Of a stretch of 64,000 nt of DNA, positions 22,166-34,500 are shown piece by piece. Position numbers and translations under genes: made by a program. Source of the DNA: Prorocentrum cordatum (taxonomy: Eukaryota). Below the pieces are notes generated by a model. That model was given only the letters and a program-made list of their open reading frames with translations, did no database searches and was not told where the DNA came from. The stretch is from NCBI GenBank assembly GCA_963575745.1, contig CAUYUJ010000170.1, positions 248,001 to 312,000 on the forward strand, given 5' to 3'. How positions within the stretch are numbered: position 1 is the first letter of the stretch; each line of letters begins with the position of its first letter.

Positions 22166-22970
22166 TCCTTCTCCTCCTCCTCCTCCTCCTCTTCCGCCTC
22201 CTCCTCCTCCTCACCCTCGCTTCTTGGAGTGTACACAGCTCCATGTCTTCCCACTGTGCGTAGAAGGATGGGGTCCTCTGACACGCGCCGGCGGATAGAA
22301 AAATAACAACACAATGGGGAGGTCATGGGTGGGAGGAGTAAGATGTAAGATATGGCGCGAACGCGCCTAGCTTGTCCTCCTCCCCTTTTCCTCTTCCCTC
22401 CTTCCTCTTGCCTCCTATCTTGTCTTCGTAACCCCTCCTCCCTCCCTCCTCCTCCTCCTCCTTCTCCTCCTCCTCCTCCTCCTCCTCCTCCTCCTCCTCC
22501 TCCTGCTCCTCCGCCTCCCTCCCCCTCCCCCGTCCCCCTCCCTCCCTACTTCCTCTTTCCTCCCTCATCTCGGTCTCTCTCCATCACCTCCCACCCCCCT
22601 TCCCTGTGAGAACCCCTTTTTCCTGGAGAACTCCCCTTCGAAGGAGGAGGACGATGAGAGCAACGACGACGAGGACGGACGGCCCCGAAACCCATCCTGT
22701 AGGACGACGTTCTCACCAGAATCCAGAGGCGAATCTGCGCCGTGGCGACGAGGGCGCCGCCGGAAGCAAGCAACAAAAAAAACAGAACCGTTCCCAAGCA
22801 GCGTATCATCGATCGCCCGACCTCCTCCTCCTCCTCCTCCTCCTCCGCAGCCTCCTCCTCCTCCTCCTCCTCCTCCTCCTCCTCCTCCTCCCTCCTCCTC
22901 TTCAGCCTCCATCCTCCTCCTCCTCCTCCGACGACGACGACAACGAAGACGACGACGACGACGAAGACGA

Positions 22971-23019
<49 letters not shown>

Positions 23020-23986
23020 ACAAAAGCGGCGAGGACGGCGTGGAGAACGGCGGCGCGGCGGCGACGACAGCGGCAGCAAGCCAGGGGCCTCTTGCCGCCC
23101 GCCAGCCCCTTCTTGTCCCTGTCGCGCCTGTAGCCGGCGGACGGAGGGGGGGAGGAGGGGGGGGGGGGGGGGGGAGGGGGGGGAGGGCGCCTTGAACCCT
23201 CGCGCGTGGGAAGCTGCAAACAAAACACAAACAAGCCGTGCGGATACAGAAGAAGCCATGCGGATAGCAGAGGAACCCATGCGAATAGCTGAGGAAGCCA
23301 TTCACATAGAGGAAGCCATACGCATAGCACAGGAAGCCATGCGGATACAGAAGCCATGCGCATAGTTTGACAATGCAAGGGCAACATAGAAGGGGGGGGA
23401 ACAGTGGCCCAGCTCTCTAGGGCTTCAGCAAGGACTCCTATAGGCAAGCCTATTCGAATGGCATCAAAGAAAAACGGCAGCGTTTCAGAAGTCCACGAAA
23501 GGGTCCAGGGACTGCTGGAGGTCGACACCAGAACCCAGAGGCCTCTGGAGGCCCCGGGCGGGTCCAGGAGAGGCCAGCAACACCCGAAGACTTCGTGCCT
23601 TGCGCCTTGATCCTCAAACCTCCTTCCCCATACCTCCGACGTCGTGAGTTGCTCACATTGTCGGCACCTTGATGCCCAGCCTCCTTCCCCTGCAGACCGG
23701 CTTCTCATCATCCCGGGTCGTTCTGTGACGGCCCCGGGGCTGGCCGCGACGGCCCCCAAGCCCTAGAGGCCGAGCATGGCCTGAAACGGCCCGCGAGGTT
23801 TCTCTGGCTCTGTCAGCAAGGTACGCTGTCCCCCCAGCTCGGTGGACGGAGGGCAGGCCGCGGGGGTGGGCGGGCTGGGTGGCGGGGTGGCTGGATGGGC
23901 TGGTTGGGGTGGTTGGGTTGGTTGGGCTAGCTGGCTGGGCTGGCTAAGGCAACTGGCTTCGATTCTCTAGAAACGAAGCCTCCACC

Positions 23987-24058
<72 letters not shown>

Positions 24059-24265
24059 GCGACGGCAACGACACCGATGACGTGGCCTCGGAAGGCCATC
24101 GGGCAGACCAAAGCCCCCAAAGGCCGCCAAAGGCCCCGGGAAACCCCCGAACGGCCTCCGAAGGGCCTCCCAGAGGCTTTCGACGGCATTCGAAGACCAG
24201 CGACACGACGACGACGGCGACAACGACGACGACGGCGACGACGGCGACGACGACGAAGCGGCGGC

Positions 24266-24297
<32 letters not shown>

Positions 24298-25599
24298 CCA
24301 CGACGACAACCACCACCACAACGGCGGGCGCCTCTGGCGCTCTTGCGTGGCGCGCTCCTCGAGGCGCAGCCGCTGGCGCTCCTCCTCCTCGTCCTGGCCG
24401 CGCGTCCGAAGGTGCGCGGCGCTCCGCTCGCTCGCCTCCCTCGAAGGCAGCGCGGAGGAGGGGGAGAGGAAGGGGGGGAGAGAGGGGGAGGAGGAGGAGG
24501 AGGAGGAGGAGGAGGAGGAGGAGGAGGAGGAGGAGGAGGAGAGAAGGAGGAGGGGGAGAAGGGGGAGGAGGACGAGGAGGAGGAGGGGGAGGCAGGAGAA
24601 GGAGAAGGAGGATAAGGAGGAGGAAGAGGGGGAGGATGAGAAAGGGGGGGCGAGGGGGCAGGAGAGAAGAAGGGGGAGAAGAAAGAGGAGGAGAAGGGGG
24701 AGGAGGACGAGGAGGAGGAGGAAGCGGCGAAGGGGGAGGGAGGAGAAGGAGGAGGAGGAGGGGGAGGATGAGGAGGGGGAGGGAGGGGGGAGGAGATGAG
24801 AAGGGGGAGGAGTACGAGGAGGAGAAAGGGGAGGAGGAGGGGGAGGAGGAGGAGGAGAGGAGGACCAGGAGGAGGAGGAGGAGGAAGAGGAGGAGGACGG
24901 GGATGAGGAACAGGAGCACTGACCAATCTGCCAGATCTACGAGCGGGCTGCCATTTGACAGTCCTTTGGGGTTCACACAAGTGCTACCAGATGGGAGATA
25001 CCCTTCGCCTGACGACAGTTTCAATTCGTGGCCTGTTGCTGGGGGTTGATAGCCAAAGGACCCCCCCTGTCGATCCGCCGCTCCTCACTCAGACCAAAAC
25101 AGGAATGGCATCCCAGAGTGGGGAGGCCCCTATCAAAGGGTGAATACCAACTGAATCGTCAGAGTGGGTGGGCGACCCCGACGTGCACCCAGTGGCACCC
25201 CGAAAGGTCAAGGCCCTGACCACCGCTGACGTATCCCATTGCGCCGGCCTGCCGTCCTTGGCGATGCGGGGGAGTTGGGCGATGTGGAGGACCATTGCCA
25301 CTGGGGAGGGATCCTGAGTTCTGGCGTCGCCGCAACGGACTAGCAGGACGCGTCGGGAAAGCGGGGCCTTTCGGCGTGGGACGTTGGTCCTCGTTCGAAG
25401 CTTGAACACCGGCAGGCTCTTCCAGCGCAGTGATGGGGGCACGGGGGAAGACGCAAGGGGAAAAGGGGAAGGACGGAAAGTGGAATGGGAGAGGAACGTG
25501 GGGCGGAGGAAAAGAAAGCATGAGAAGAAACGTACCGGGTGCTCCGCGGGACCGCCAGAAAAAGGGAAAGAAACGGCCGTGCCATTTGCGGGGCCCACT

Positions 25600-25740
25600 A
25601 AGGTCTGAAGGTGCCGCCGTCCGTCGGATACTACGATCAGCGCTTGATGCACCCAGGACCCCACCCCGACCAGAACCTGCTCGACCGGGAAGTCCGCGAA
25701 AAGCAGCACGGCGCCCGAAAAACAGCCATGCGGGGAGCTG
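25600..25740 (-). pseudogene. Possible decayed tyrosine-recombinase C-terminus (DIRS-like element remnant)
   Basis: SPHGCFSGAVLLFADFPVEQVLVGVGSWVHQALIVVSDGRRHL loosely follows the H-x-x-R-x-G...G-R-W...Y pattern; catalytic Arg and Tyr not preserved. Confidence 0.3.
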
Positions 25741-27949
25741 GAGTCTGGCGAACACGGGCCGTGGCACGCCCATCTTCTGCCACGTGGCCCATTGCTGAAT
25801 ATTCAACTGACGTTTCTGGGATGCGGGGGGGGGGCAAGGGGTTGGGAGGAAGGAGCGGGGAAGGAAAAATAACCAGCCTCGAAAATATCCCTACCCCTAA
25901 GATGGGCGAGCAGAAAGCGAGGACAATCTGAAGGATGCGTCTTCAGAAACAGAGGGAACCCTTAAGATCGGCATCGAGGCGAAGTGGTGCCAAACACAAG
26001 GATCGGGATGCGTTTCAAACTGGCAACAGAAAGCAGAAAACAAGAAACGGGAAACATGGAAGGAACGCCAAGCCCAGCACTGCTGCAGGCTCGCGCCCAG
26101 CCACAGGACTGGCACGGACAAAAGCCAGGCAGCAAAGAGCGCCCAGGCAGAGAAGGCCCCCCCAAAAAAAACTAAAGAACATTTCGGGGACGGCCGCTGT
26201 CAAATTGCCCCCCATTCAGGCGGGATGGCCTAGCAAGCGCAACGCGCGAACGAGCCCTTCCGCGCAGTCGGTCGACCAGTGGAAACCGGCGCAGGGGCAA
26301 GCCTGGCTCCAGGAGACGAGCGAAGTGAAACCCGCCTCTCCCCTCAGAAATCGCGGGATGGTAGGGCAGGGTTCGGACGTGGCCTCCCAGCGACATGCCG
26401 ATGGCCCCACTTTCTTTTGATTGGCGCCGCCTGAGGACGCACATGCGCGCGCCGGGGCCGGCGGGGCGCCCTGGCCGCGGGCGAAGAGGACGAGCGGAGG
26501 AGCTGAAGGGCGGCCGCGGAGGGGGGGGGCCGACCGCCGGGAGTCGGCGGGCGAGGGGCGCGCAGGCGGCCTCATATACGCCACTGGTATGTTATATATA
26601 TATGTGTATATATATATGTATATATATGTGTATATGTATATATATGTGTATATATACATGAATATATATACATACATACATCTATACATACATACATCTA
26701 TACATACATACATGCATACATACATACAAACAAACAAACAAACAAAACAAACCAACAACCATACATGCATGCATGCATACATGCATGCATGCATGCATAC
26801 ATACATACACATATAGATATACATATACTGTAGATGTACATACAAGACTGCACTGGGGCCTCGCGCTGTGCACTCTGTCTCGCAGCCTTCCTTCCGCAAA
26901 AAAATCCGCGCCCTTCCTCTTGCGTCTGATCCGTTCGCCCCCTGTTCCGCGCGCGCGCACGTCGCGGAGGCGGGGGTGGGGCGGGCAGGCGAATCAGCAG
27001 TGGGAGAGCGGGGGGGGGGGGGGGGGGGGGCTTTTGCCGCCTGCGTCGGCCCCAGCGAGCGCACGTTGCGGATTCAGGCCACTCCCGCCGCGGCGGCGCC
27101 GTCGACCTCGCGCTCGCCGTTGCCTGTGGCCACGTTTTCGCCGTCGTTTCCCCCCTCCCTGCCCTCCTCCAGCGCGGCGCCTCCGAGCCGGGATAGCAAC
27201 TGCGACTCTTCGCGAAAGACGAACTGCGTGGCGTAGTCCGCCAGGGTGAATTTTTCCCGGCAGGGGCCCGCCGCCGCGCCGCGAGGCGCGGCGAGGAATG
27301 TAGTCGGATCCTTCAGAGTCCTTCGCGCTAACGTTCGCTCGGCTGCCTGGTCGGCTACCTCGCGGGTCTTGGTTAGCTGCGTTGTTAGCTGCTCGGTTGG
27401 CTGTCTCGTTTGCTTCCTTGTCGGCTGTCCGAACATCCAGAGGCCGCGCCCAGGGGCGGCGGCGGGCGGGGCCGAAGGCCAAAAGATACACACGCCGCAC
27501 CACGCCGGGGCCGAACTGGGCAACAGTCGCAGCTCTGTGGCCCGCGAACGCCATCTCGCGCGCAGCCCCAGCCTGGCGAAGGACGACGGCCAAGAGCTGC
27601 AGGGCGGCAGCGCTCTGCGCGCGCAGCGCGGCAACCTTGCGGACCGACTTGCCCCGTTTTCCGGCGGCCCGCACCGTGGCCTCTTGACGCTGGGACACCG
27701 CGCGGCGGGGCCCGCCCCCCGCGAGCACCGCGCCCGAAGACGCCTGCAGCGCTGCGGGCGTCTACCGGCGCCGCCCGTAGTCTGGGCAGCGCGAGGAGGG
27801 CCGCTGAATGTGGGAAGCGTTCTTTGCCCCGAAACTCCCCCAGCCCCCGTAAGCCGCGAGCGCGCCCTCCAGGTCCTCGGCGGCCGCCGCAAGCAGCTCG
27901 GACACCGTGCCGCCACCGCCACCCAACTCCGACAGCGCCTGCAAGAAGC

Positions 27950-28757
27950 ACCTGCTGTTGGCGGCAACGGAGCACCAAGCTTGGCGAGCCTGGCCTTCTC
28001 TAGCGCCCATGGGTTGAAACGATCGCCAGACAGCTCGGAGGGGTGACCGGCGTGTTCGTGGAGAACCACATCGACTTTCGCCACCGCTCCTTTGATCGCG
28101 GAAATGGCATCAACGTCGTCGTAGATCATGCGCGAGGCGACCGGGGAGTGCAGAAACTCAAGCAGCAGCGCCGTGCTGTCTCGTGCGCGAGGTGGGCACA
28201 GGTTCAATATATGCGTGTGTGCCCGCCCCGTTGGGTCTGAGCACTCCAAGCACACCTTCTCGTGTTCGATGTTCTTCACGTACACTGGAACGTTGCTGTT
28301 AGAGTTGGCGTGGTTGTAGGCGGGCCATTCGCTGGCAGGCACGTGCGCGTCCCGCTATGTCGCCAACGCTGGGAGAAGGGCCTGGTCAGAACGCGGGGGC
28401 ATGGGATTGTGAACGGCCCTGGTGCAATGGCTCCGCGTTGTGAAGGGGACGCCCGTTGAGAGCAAACGAACGGGCAGGTGGGTAAGTTTTGACAATGCAA
28501 TTAATGCCGAAACGGGCAAAATCCTGGGGAGGGGGCACATTGCCAATGACACGAGCGTCGTTCAACGCAATGCCCGCACGGCACAGCGCTTCCACCTGCA
28601 CGTCCTAAATGCTTGGCAGAAGTTGCGTGCTGGGAGTCAGCCCGCGCCACCAGCGCGGGAATTCCGTGGCTCGAAACGTCTTCCTCAGCAGACTGTCTCG
28701 GACCATCTGCCGCACGCAGCGGGCGAGCCTGAACGAAACCCCAAACTAGTCTCTCAT
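27950..28757 (-). pseudogene. Intronless decayed coding sequence of unknown function (candidate retrocopy)
   Basis: Protein-like high-complexity translation with stops and at least one frameshift (MRD*FGVSFRLARCVRQMVRDSLLRKTF...INCIVKTYPPARSF...VYVKNIEHEKVCLEC...MIYDDVDAISAIKGAV); ATG lies 37 nt downstream of a spliced-leader-like 12-mer. Confidence 0.45.
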
Positions 28758-28794
28758 TGCCACGGCGACTTCACCCCTGAAGACGCGGTGGTGT

Positions 28795-28806
28795 TTGAGC
28801 CAAAAT
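28795..28806 (-). other. Relict dinoflagellate spliced-leader fragment
   Basis: Minus strand ATTTTGGCTCAA equals 12 contiguous nt near the 3' end of DinoSL DCCGTAGCCATTTTGGCTCAAG. Confidence 0.5.
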
Positions 28807-29904
28807 AATTCCGGACGTCATGCAGGGGAAGCGGGGTGCAGAGGATCGGGCACGTCGAGCCCGACTAAGAGAGAACCGCGATGACCTCCAAGATGGCCCA
28901 TGGTGTCCGAAGTTGATTTAATGTCATGGCTAAACGAAGTTTTCAGCGTGCTCCAATTGGCTGGACGATTGGCCGGAGACGATCTGCTGGAGCTTGAGGC
29001 TAGTCCAACAGGTTTCGGACCACAGCAGCCCTCTTCGATGTGTTTGGGTATATGGGGAGTCGTCTCGGGGTCGTCGCGGAAACAATGCTGCTGGTTTAGG
29101 AGAAGACTCGGAGCCACCTTTGATTATCGTTGGTCTTATTGGGGGCCCCGTGAACCCTGGTTGGGGCGTGCGGACGCCTGTTGGCGGTTTCGCGGGTCCT
29201 TGAGGGCCGGAGGGCTCGCGCCTGGTGGCGGCCTGAAAGTCCTTGAAATGTGAATGGCCCTCTCTTGGGCCCAATTTTTGGGGGCCTTCTTCGGGGATCG
29301 TGGGGGCCTCTTCGCCCGCCTCGGAGCCTTCTCGGGCCGTCATGGGCTGTCCTGGGGCGACGTTGGGGTTCTCTTGGGCCTGCCTGGGGCGCCCGCAGCA
29401 CGAAGAAACGAGGATGCCCAAGTCATGCAAAGCCCAACAAGCAATACACAGGTCTGGGATTTGGAGGCCCCCTTGGGGGTTCCTCTTGGAGCTCTTCGGG
29501 GCGTTTCGAAGGTCTCTTGGGCCACTAGGAGACCATGTTGGACCCTCTTGGGGCTACCGACGGCTCGTTTGCACGACTTGACAGGGAATCCCAGAAGCCC
29601 AGAAGCCTCATTGGGACCTTCGGCAGGGGCGCCCAGGAGCCCCAGAAGCTGGGGATTCTGGAAGGTCCGGCCCGCCATGGGGTAGGGGCGTCCCACCTTC
29701 CCGGATTGTAAAAGCATACGAAAGGGAATACATATACATACATATATGTATATATATAGATATACACACACATATATAACCATGTCCCACGGATAACAAT
29801 CCCACATGGATAATAAAGTTCGGGGTCGCGGGGGGATTATAAATGTCGCCTACCGGAGACCAGCATGTGGGGGGAGAAAGAAATGATGTTAAGAGGACCG
29901 AAAG

Positions 29905-30055
29905 CCGAGGATCGAGGATCGAGAATCGAAGTCCGAGGATCGAGGATCGAGATCCCAGAGTCGAGGATCGAGGTCCGAGGATCGACGGCGGCGAGGTCCG
30001 AGGATCGAGGATCGAGGTCCGAGGGTCGAAAATCGAATATCGAGGATCGAGGTCC
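29905..30055. repeat. (GAGGATC)n 7-mer minisatellite
   Basis: About 20 imperfect CGAGGAT units. Confidence 0.9.
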
Positions 30056-30057
30056 AC

Positions 30058-30950
30058 GGTGCCAGGGGGAAAAGGAGGAAGACAGAGAGAGACAGAGACA
30101 GAAAGATACAGATAGTTCGACAGAGAGAGAGAGAGAAGTAGAGAAATATAGACACACAGGAAGAAAGAGGAGGAGGAGGAGGAGACACGCAAAAGTTCCA
30201 AACCTATTGAATTTAATGTGTAAACAAACAATGGAAATTAAGACGTTCATCTGCTCGTGCAGGGCAGTTCACGTGCCTCGGTTTTCGTGTTTAGTAAACC
30301 ACAGCGATAAACAAGTTCAGGGTGCCAGGGGGAGGAGGAGGAAGACAGATAGAGACAGAGACAAAAATATACAGATAGTTCGACAGAGAGAGAGAGAGAG
30401 AAAGAGAGAAAAAAAAAAAACAAAAAAAAGACAGAAGCAGAGAGAGAGAGAGAGGAGGAGGAGGAGGAGGAGGAGGAGGAGGAGGAGAAAAGCCAAACTT
30501 CCAAACCTATTAAATTTAGTGTGCAATCAAACAATGGAAGTTAAGATTTTCATCTGCTCGTGTAGGGCAGTTCACGTGCCTCGGTTTTCGTGGATAGTAA
30601 ACCACAGCGATAAACAAGTTCAGGGTGCCAGGGGGAGGAGGAGGAAGACAGATAGAGACAGAGACAGAAAGATACAGATAGTTCGACAGAGAGAGAGAGA
30701 GAGAGAAAAAAAAAAAAAAAAGTAGAGAAATATAGACAGACAGAAGGAGAGAGAGAGAGAGGAGGAGGAGGAGGAGGAGGAGGAAAGCCAAAGTTCCAAA
30801 CCTATAAAATTTAGCGTGTAATCAAACAATGGAAGTTACGAGTTTCATCTGCTCGTGTAGGGTACTTCATGTGCCTCGATTCCCGTGGATGGTAAACCAC
30901 AGCGATAAAATCATGTTCAGGGGGCCAGGGGGAGAAGGAGAAAGACAGAG
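30058..30950. repeat. Tandem repeat, three 260-305-bp units plus the start of a fourth
   Basis: GGTGCCAGGGGG...purine microsatellite...TTCCAAACCTAT...TTCATCTGCTCGTG...GTAAACCACAGCGATAAA at ~30058, 30320, 30623; length variation lies in the internal GA/GGA/A runs. Confidence 0.9.
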
Positions 30951-31157
30951 AGAGAGAGAGACAGAGACAAAGAGAGAGAGAGAGAAAACGAGAGAGAGAG
31001 AGAGAGAGAAAAGAAACAACAAACAAAAACAAACAACAACAACAAAAACGAGAGAGGAGGAGGAGGAGGAGGAAGTCCCTCATCGACAAGAAAAAAATAA
31101 TAAAAAAAAAAATAACAAAAGAAAAAAAAAAAGAAGAAAATAACAAGAGAGTCTCTC

Positions 31158-31274
31158 GCTTCGCTTGTGGCATCCTCGAAGAATTGTTGGTTCCGCTTGA
31201 GACATCCTTGAAACATTGATCGTTTCGCTTGAGGCTGCCTCCAACAATCTTTGGTTTCGCTTGAGACATCCTCG
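31158..31274. repeat. Four ~31-bp-period repeats with core TTTCGCTTGAGACATCCT, running into the gap
   Basis: Core recurs four times with variable ~12-bp linkers; its reverse complement occurs at ~52435 and ~52599. Confidence 0.75.
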
Positions 31275-31374
31275 NNNNNNNNNNNNNNNNNNNNNNNNNN
31301 NNNNNNNNNNNNNNNNNNNNNNNNNNNNNNNNNNNNNNNNNNNNNNNNNNNNNNNNNNNNNNNNNNNNNNNNNN
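31275..31374. other. Assembly gap (100 N)
   Basis: Run of N. Confidence 1.
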
Positions 31375-31503
31375 CCCTCCTCCTCCTCCTCCTCCTCCTC
31401 CTCCTCCTCCTCCTCCTCCTCTTTTTTGGCAGCAACGCCCATGCCCCCTGCAGTGACTGACACACCTGTCCGGGGCTCAGACAGGCGCCGAGGAGCCAAG
31501 CTC

Positions 31504-34500
31504 CTACAGCAAAGCGACAAAGTCGTCGATGCCAACCGTCACCTGCGCTTTGTCAGGATGCAAGCCCTTCTTGAGCTTGCGCAAGTTGCGCATTGACGTG
31601 ACTGTGGGCTGCCCACACTCCTTGCCGAGCTTGAGAATTTGCGAGCCGCTGTTGTAAAACTTGCACGACAAACAAACAAATAAATTCGAGAAATCTGAGC
31701 AGGGAAAGGCTACAACCTTGTGCCCCAGCCTCAGCAGCACACCTTGGTCCAACCTGGAGTGACCAGGACAGTCCCCAGGAGGAGGGGCCCGCGCCCGAGA
31801 GCCCTTAAGGCAAACTCGGCACTGCCAGAAGGGCCCAACCTGCACCCACGAGTGCCCAACAGCCAGAGAAAGGAGCCGAGGAGCGGGGGGGGGCCTGGAC
31901 CTGGCGGTGCCGCGAAATTCAAGACGCGGCCACAATGGAAGCAAAACAGACCCAGCTTTTAAGACCAGCCGCGCAATCTTGATCTTCCTATCGAGCTCTT
32001 CAGCCTCAATCGGAGTCAAGGAGTGGTGCGCACGAGCCGCCTCTTTGGCAGCCTGGTCAGCAAAGTGATTGCCGAGTCGCCGGAAACGTTCACTGGCTGA
32101 GATGCCGCTTTCGTCGACATCCCTGTGGGCCGCTACTTTGTGAAGCGCACACAGGTGACTACCAAAATGGTGCTTGCCTTGCAACACAAGTCCTGTGTAC
32201 TGCCTTTTGCCACTAAGCGCATCAGCACCGAGCGCTACGTAGTCCACAACATTCTGACAACCACTGTAGCACACGGACGGAGCATCGGCGTAGGCCCCGC
32301 AGAACGCAAAAGCAGCATACTCGGCAGCCTGAGGCGTCTGGGGCCAGGGGGCCCACACAGGCCCCTTCAGAACACCAAGGAGCTCGCCATCATTCCCCAC
32401 CATAGCGACAGCCCAGCCCGCACGAGACAGTTCTTTAACCACGTGTCTGTGGCACGAGCCGTCCATAAACAGATATCCCCACAAGCTGTCCCCTGGAGCC
32501 ACCCTATCAGCCCCACACGCGGGAGGAGGAGGAGGGAGGTCCTCGACGTGCCACACAAGAGAGACACCACCATCACACAGCGGCTTTGGGGCAACATCTC
32601 CTGGGTGACGGAACGCCCCATACAGAAACAACTCTTCCTCATATTCTGGGTCCGAAGTATCACAGGCGGCATCCACAAGCCAGTCGGGAAGAACTTCCTT
32701 GCGCATCTCGACGACCGCCGAGCAGCAAAAAAGACGATGATGCAGGGTGTCCTTCGCTACACCACACAAAGAGCAGAGGCTGGACACCTCGACGTATCCA
32801 GCCGCCTCAGCATCAGCTCCTGTCCAAAACGCTCGACAAGCTTGAGCTCTCATGACACCCTTGGCCTTGGCAGGGATCTTGGACGACGAGAGCTGCTGCT
32901 TGACAGCATCCCAACAAAGCCGATACCCCACCCCGTACTTGTCTCCAGAATCCCGCTCAAGGTTCCTGAGCACCGCGTCACGACACAAGACTTTAACAAG
33001 ACGGGGGGGGGAAAGCGTCAGCGAAATGTCCCTACCGAAGTCGTCCCTAAGGGTGGTAAAATCAGGCATCTCCCAACCAAGACGGTAGATACACATGCGG
33101 AGAGCCGAGAGCGGCCCTCGAACCTTGGACCACGAGTGGACGTCGTGGCTGAAGGTCTGAATCCAGCCCTCTCGCATGGCCGCCCACGACAAACACCACG
33201 GGAAGGCACGCGTGTGACAAAGCCAGATCTCTTTCGACCATCTGATAATCGGCGCCACACTCGCTCGCCAGCACGGGTCACCCTCGAGCAGACTGGGCAC
33301 CGCAAGGGATCTCCCTTGCGAGCGTGGCTTGATACAAGACAGGGCAGCACGACGCAAGATCAGGAGCTCTCCATCGGACACCCCGAAAATGTCAGACCCG
33401 AAGGTACCGCCAGCCAACGGCCCAGCAGCAAAGACCTTCAAGCTGCGCCTCCCGAGAACGTCTCCGATCTTTCTGAGCCTCCTGGTCTTGCGAAGCGCGG
33501 ACGCGATACGAGCTTTAAACTTGGCCGCACGGCCACGGCCAGGAGCCCTCAAGGAACGGCCCGCCGTGTAATCCACCCCCAAGTTCGTAACTCTACCAAC
33601 GCCCATTCCTTGCCCCGCCAGGGGCCCAAGTTTCTGGAGGAGCTGAGACGCGACATCATTGTTGCTAGCAACCATCCCCACTTTGTCCATGGCGAGCAAG
33701 CACTGCAGCTCGTCCGTGATGCACTTGTGGAGCGCTCGGGCTCCGCCCACAAGCGCTCGAACGACCTGCCTGGCGCTGCCCGTGCAACTGAGACTTAGGT
33801 CATCGACGTACGCGTCGAAGTCCAAGCCAGGTGACCGAGGGAGCGAGTCGAAGCTGGCAAGCGCATAAACCCTGATCAAGCTGGCGGCAAACGAGCAGCC
33901 CGCCACGATGCCCCTGGAGACGAAATACGGTCCTTCAACAAAGCCCCCAAGGGCCAGGTACCTGGCGGTAGCATACGCACGAATGGACAGCCTAACAACA
34001 CCGAGGGGAAACCCATGCTGACGGCATCTGTCAAAGAGCAAACGAAGGTCGATGTGCTCATAATACTTCCGAAGATCCCAGAAAATGGAGGCCGACACTT
34101 CACCACGGCTGAGTCCCGCCTCGGCCTTAAAGGCGTGCCGCCAAACCACGTCAGAGGCGCCCCTGTTGGCCCCCGCCGCCCAGAAGTCCCTAGGATGGTT
34201 AACTTCCCAGCGCTGAGCAAACGACCGACGGGCCCGCCCCCAGAGGCGGTACCAACTGGGAAAGACACCGATGGGCCGAAAGCCCCCAGTGGGCTTGCCT
34301 AAAAGGGCCAAGAGAACCCAAGAAATCTGCTGCGGCAGGGACCCAGTGGCCTCCATGACGCAAAACCAGAGGGCGAGGCAGTGAAGGGCCTGATCACAGA
34401 GAAGCGAGAAATGACGGCAATGAAAACCATCAACACTCACAGCGCTGGACAGCCGATACTTCTTAGAAAAGGCCCGCAGCTCAGAAGGCTGAAGGACAGG

